A DNA stretch of 63,874 nucleotides, counting the filler, from Octopus bimaculoides (lineage: Eukaryota), in NCBI RefSeq assembly GCF_001194135.2. It is 6 parts of 5 records of this genome, joined end to end, with 100 filler letters (N's around TTAATTAATTAA, not from the genome) between each part and the next. Parts side by side here need not be neighbours in the genome. Positions count along the whole stretch, not along the records: positions 62,553 to 63,874 come from NW_026356047.1; 5 more parts are not named here. The stretch is one strand, 5' to 3'. The translations under genes were made by a program, and so were the position numbers. This document shows positions 62,453-63,874 of the stretch, one piece after another. The notes below the pieces were generated by a model. It had not been told where the DNA came from. It saw nothing but the letters and a program-made list of their open reading frames with translations, and did no database searches. The stretch's first letter is position 1; every line of letters starts with the position of its first letter.

Positions 62453-62552
62453 NNNNNNNNNNNNNNNNNNNNNNNNNNNNNNNNNNNNNNNNNNNNTTAA
62501 TTAATTAANNNNNNNNNNNNNNNNNNNNNNNNNNNNNNNNNNNNNNNNNNNN
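62453..62552. other. Synthetic scaffold-join linker
   Basis: 44N-TTAATTAATTAA-44N. Confidence 0.95.
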
Positions 62553-62990
62553 ATGTAATAATCTTAAATCAAAATAGTCAAATATAGACAATAGATGGGA
62601 AATATATCTATGGAAATAATTTCTTACAATACATGGTAGAAAGCTTTGTATAGTAGAAAGCTCAGCATTATTTTAGTCAAAAGAACGGTCTCATTTGGTA
62701 TGTAATTTTAGGAGAATAGTCTCCAAAAGAGGTTAGTGATCGACTGAAGCCATTTTGGTGGGCACTGAAGAGAGAAAGAGTGAAGCGAGAGAGTGAGAGA
62801 GATAGAAAGAGAGAGACTGAAGGAAATATAATGGTGAGGTTATCAACAGTTACTTCCTTTACCTTTCAGACATTTGAAATATGTGTGGTAATTGGTTAAT
62901 GTATTATATTAAAAGGCTATCTCTCCGGTGCACTACACAAAAGTGAAGCCAAACATGGTTTAGGAGACAGAATCCGTGAGCGCTTATTGA

Positions 62991-63022
<32 letters not shown>

Positions 63023-63032
63023 NNNNNNNNNN

Positions 63033-63073
<41 letters not shown>

Positions 63074-63076
<3 letters not shown>

Positions 63077-63215
63077 GTACAGGACCTCACAAAACGTAAA
63101 CAACATGAAAAACGAAGGCCCGCTTGGGTATGCGAACAACAAGAGAAACAAATGAAAAACAAGACAAGTAACATAAAGAACGACCCTTCATCGATTGTCG
63201 GCTGTTTATCTACTC
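63074..63215 (-). mobile_element. Penelope-like pLTR fragment
   Basis: gggtacaggacctcacaaaacgtaaacaacatgaaaaacga aligns with the start of 61590-61760. Confidence 0.55.
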
Positions 63216-63394
63216 ATAAATACATATACACATACACATATATGGTCACACGCACACACATATACATATAAAATATAAACATACATATACATNNNNNNNN
63301 NNCTCACACACGTACACATTCATACAATTAAAAGTGAAAAAGGAAAAAATGAAAAATATATATAAAAAGTAAAAATTAAAAGAAGTTAAGACAT

Positions 63395-63513
63395 ATGGAA
63401 AGCATGTGCAGGAACGTAGTAAAAATGTGGATTCTAGCCGTGGTTTACTGGAAGATCTTAGCCAAGTGTAAACCTTATACCGACGGTAGTGGTAAGTGTG
63501 GTCTCTGTAATAC
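63395..63513 (+). mobile_element. Penelope-like ORF C-terminal fragment (GIY-YIG end)
   Basis: WKILAKCKPY....KCGLC matches the W.IL....PY......C.LC motif at PLE endonuclease C-termini. Confidence 0.55.
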
Positions 63514-63523
63514 NNNNNNNNNN

Positions 63524-63874
63524 AAAACGGCTCATCGGGAAAATCGCACCCAGCTTGCTCATCACAGGCTTCCATCTTTTCACAAATACATCTCGTGACA
63601 GACACTTCTTCTCCAGCCTGATCTTACTACCGAAGAGGTAACTAAAAAAGTTAACCAACCCCTGGCCAGAGACAAAGGTATCTGTCACTATACCTTTCAC
63701 ACGCCTCTTCCATACTGTTTCTTTCAGTATGGCTACTACGCANNNNNNNNNNTTCCATACTGTTTCTTTCAGTATGGCTACTACGCAGAGAAAGCAAGCC
63801 TTACTTTCCCTGTTAAGGAAAGGAAAGGAGGTGGCACAATCTCGATGATAGATTCAGCTGATAGCTGTACTCTT
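63524..63874 (-). mobile_element. L1/Tx1-like LINE ORF2 C-terminal fragment
   Basis: FLCVVAILKETVWKRRVKG..TDTFVSGQ.LVNFF.Y....KIRLEKKCL....FVKRW fits the K..IW..R...IR.E....F..RW pattern of Tx1 ORF2 ends. Confidence 0.6.

Noticed and set aside
63708-63787. 35-bp direct repeat flanking a 10-N gap
   Set aside because: Typical unmerged contig overlap.

Overview
AT-rich, microsatellite- and transposon-saturated eukaryotic DNA. The SINE families look like those of Octopus (inference from recalled repeat families, no database search run). I cannot support any intact host protein-coding gene; almost all long ORFs in the supplied track are N-gap or simple-repeat artefacts. The window is a draft assembly of at least six pieces, joined by five identical synthetic 100-bp linkers (44N-TTAATTAATTAA-44N). 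It contains many tRNA-derived SINEs of at least four families, and R4/Dong-type non-LTR retrotransposons with a restriction-like endonuclease (RLE): one near full length and three 5'-truncated copies in or next to (TAA)n tracts. It also has RTE, Tx1/L1 and Penelope-like (PLE) fragments, five Tc1/mariner fossils, a pogo/Tigger fossil, a hAT transposase fossil, a Charlie-type MITE with an 8-bp TSD, a non-autonomous Helitron with TTAGGG-like repeats, and one clear plus one probable solo LTR. The best lead is a set of minimal Type I hammerhead-ribozyme motifs of the PLE type. One sits in the 3' tail of a complete, TSD-flanked tRNA-headed SINE (37869-38135, minus), and a near-canonical one lies at 16194-16263 (plus). 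A second, weaker lead is an exon-like segment at 50899-51213, where a TM-helix/RRK/NPVF reading is interrupted only by a UAG that A-to-I editing could convert to Trp. Degraded-element boundaries are approximate (tens of bp); TSD, hairpin and ribozyme coordinates were counted by hand.
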